The notes beneath the pieces were generated by a model. It had not been told where the DNA came from. It was given only the letters and a program-made list of their open reading frames with translations, and did no database searches. Made by a program: the position numbers and the translations under genes. Of a stretch of 64,000 nucleotides of DNA, positions 62,465-64,000 are shown piece by piece; position 1 is the first letter of the stretch; each line of letters begins with the position of its first letter. This DNA comes from Perna viridis. Taxonomy: Eukaryota. The stretch lies in assembly GCA_037379345.1 (NCBI GenBank), contig CM074522.1, forward strand, positions 17,484,001-17,548,000, read 5' to 3'.

Positions 62465-64000
62465 AGTCTATAAATAGCAAAAAATAAAGTCGCTATTTAT
62501 AGATCAGGGATTTTATTTTTTTTATTTTTTTTTACATGAATGAAGTAGTTCTGCCTTTAAGGTGGTCAACAATTTAATAAATACAACTTATGATAATACC
62601 TTATCTTGACAGGATAGCAATCCTTCGCAATCAACTTACGAATGCTTTCGGCAAATATTCAACAATTTACAAATTTCTTAGTGGCATCTGATTTTAAATT
62701 ATGTCTTTGTTGCACAGCGTTTATTATTTTTATCATGGATATGACACCATATTCTATACAATTTCGTGACGAGTCCGTTCTGCTGATAACGATGTTTAAA
62801 ATAGTTGTTCTCTCAACCAGTTTTAATTGTTTAATAAAAAAAAACTTATGCAAATAAATATAGATTCTCCTTCAGTCTCGAGGGGATTACAGGTTTTCTC
62901 CACTCGAGATAGTTAAAGTCTAAAAATTTTACATCGAGAGTGGTGAAATCCTTTAATCCCGGACAGAAATGTGGGAGAATCTGTTTCATCCATGAATAAA
63001 ACCATAAAAAATAAATTAAACAACACACTAAATTCTCCAAACATCAACTACGTCATCAAGGACCTCGCATCCAGTCATAAATATCACTACCATTATGATT
63101 AGATAGACTTCCAACTAATCTTTTAAAATATGAATAACACTCGTAAATCAACAAGTATCTAATTGATCAACAATATGAATAACAATTGTAAACCTGGTCA
63201 ACATGGCCAGCGGGGTAAGCGTAGGTTTTAATTTACCGGCACGTGGCTGGAAATTACAAATTTTTAATCACTTGATCGTGCGGTGTGAAAGAAACCTATG
63301 AATGGGAGAAAGTATAATAAGTATTTATGTAGAACATACTCCTTATCTTTTAACATTTCCGTAATATGCGTGCAGGGCAAAATTACTTATCGTTAAATAG
63401 TATGAATATAACTTTAAAATTCACATGATATTCACGTCAAATTCATTTTGCATGATTTTCACGTGAAAATATTATTTGAAATTCGTGTAAAAGATTTGTC
63501 GCATGAAAATTTACTGAAATCTGTCAAAGTTCTCTCCTCGGTTTAGGTAAAAAAAAATGTGTTAAATGCATGTAAAAACATGTGTAATTCACGTTAAATA
63601 ATATGACCTCATCAAAATCACCTATAATTCATGCAAAAATCATGAGAAAATATTTTGTATGTGTAGATGTTTATTAAACCTTACACAAATTACAAAAAAA
63701 TAAACCATTTACTATATAAGTTCAAAATTACACTAATTTCAAGGCTTTTTCAGTCTTTTCATTATTTATAGTTCATCGCATTGTAATTCTCATACCTAAC
63801 GTGTAATGACAGTAAAAGGTCACTGATTATATTGGATACGGATACGCCATATATGTTAGTCAGGTCATGGAGTCGTTTGTAAAATCTATGGGCAAAAAAT
63901 CACCTTTTTGTACTTTATGTGACGATTACTGTATTCATTTTTAGAAAATTGTTTTAATTTCCAGAAAACGTATGACACTATAACCCTCTGTGGAAAGTAA
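62465..64000 (+). repeat. Segmental duplication, copy 2 (matches 57375-58346, then 59694-59895)
   Basis: Same blocks as copy 1. Has an insertion at ~62860-63270 and lacks ~58347-59690. Confidence 0.8.
63796..64000 (-). mobile_element. PLE family C fragment, paralogous copy inside the segmental duplication
   Basis: The minus strand reads FAHRFYKRLHDLTNIYGVSVSNIISDLL and aligns with 59695-59880. Confidence 0.55.

Overview
AT-rich eukaryotic DNA with GT-AG introns. The gene and repeat content suggests a bivalve mollusc; this is inference and the species was not determined. Genes rebuilt by hand from splice sites and reading frames: a 3-coding-exon PLAC8/cornifelin-like gene (~3.0-4.4 kb); a 9-exon secreted CAP/CRISP gene with EGF and ShKT-like domains (9.5-15.3 kb); and a B-box/coiled-coil/beta-propeller TRIM-like gene (36.6-38.5 kb). 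Three pseudogenes are present: a RING-B-box TRIM (22.3-24.2 kb), a spliced CaRF/ALS2CR8-like gene on the minus strand (29.0-30.6 kb) and a fibrinogen-related domain gene (47.5-48.5 kb). The rest is mostly decayed mobile DNA: three families of Penelope-like elements (PLEs) with many 5'-truncated copies, an RTEX-like LINE, DIRS and Gypsy remnants, a tRNA-headed SINE family, MITEs, a 132-bp satellite, a ~31-bp minisatellite and a local segmental duplication. The most interesting signal is non-coding. Four unrelated retroelement families carry structured-RNA motifs: a CPEB3/HDV-like ribozyme candidate downstream of a tRNA-like SINE head, permuted twister-like motifs (one in a PLE 3' UTR), an unassigned multibranch fold conserved in the most abundant PLE, and an 8-bp pseudoknot at the 5' end of an intronic retroposon. 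All folds were paired by eye and need covariance-model searches and cleavage assays. Most short ORFs in the supplied track are repeat-derived artefacts.
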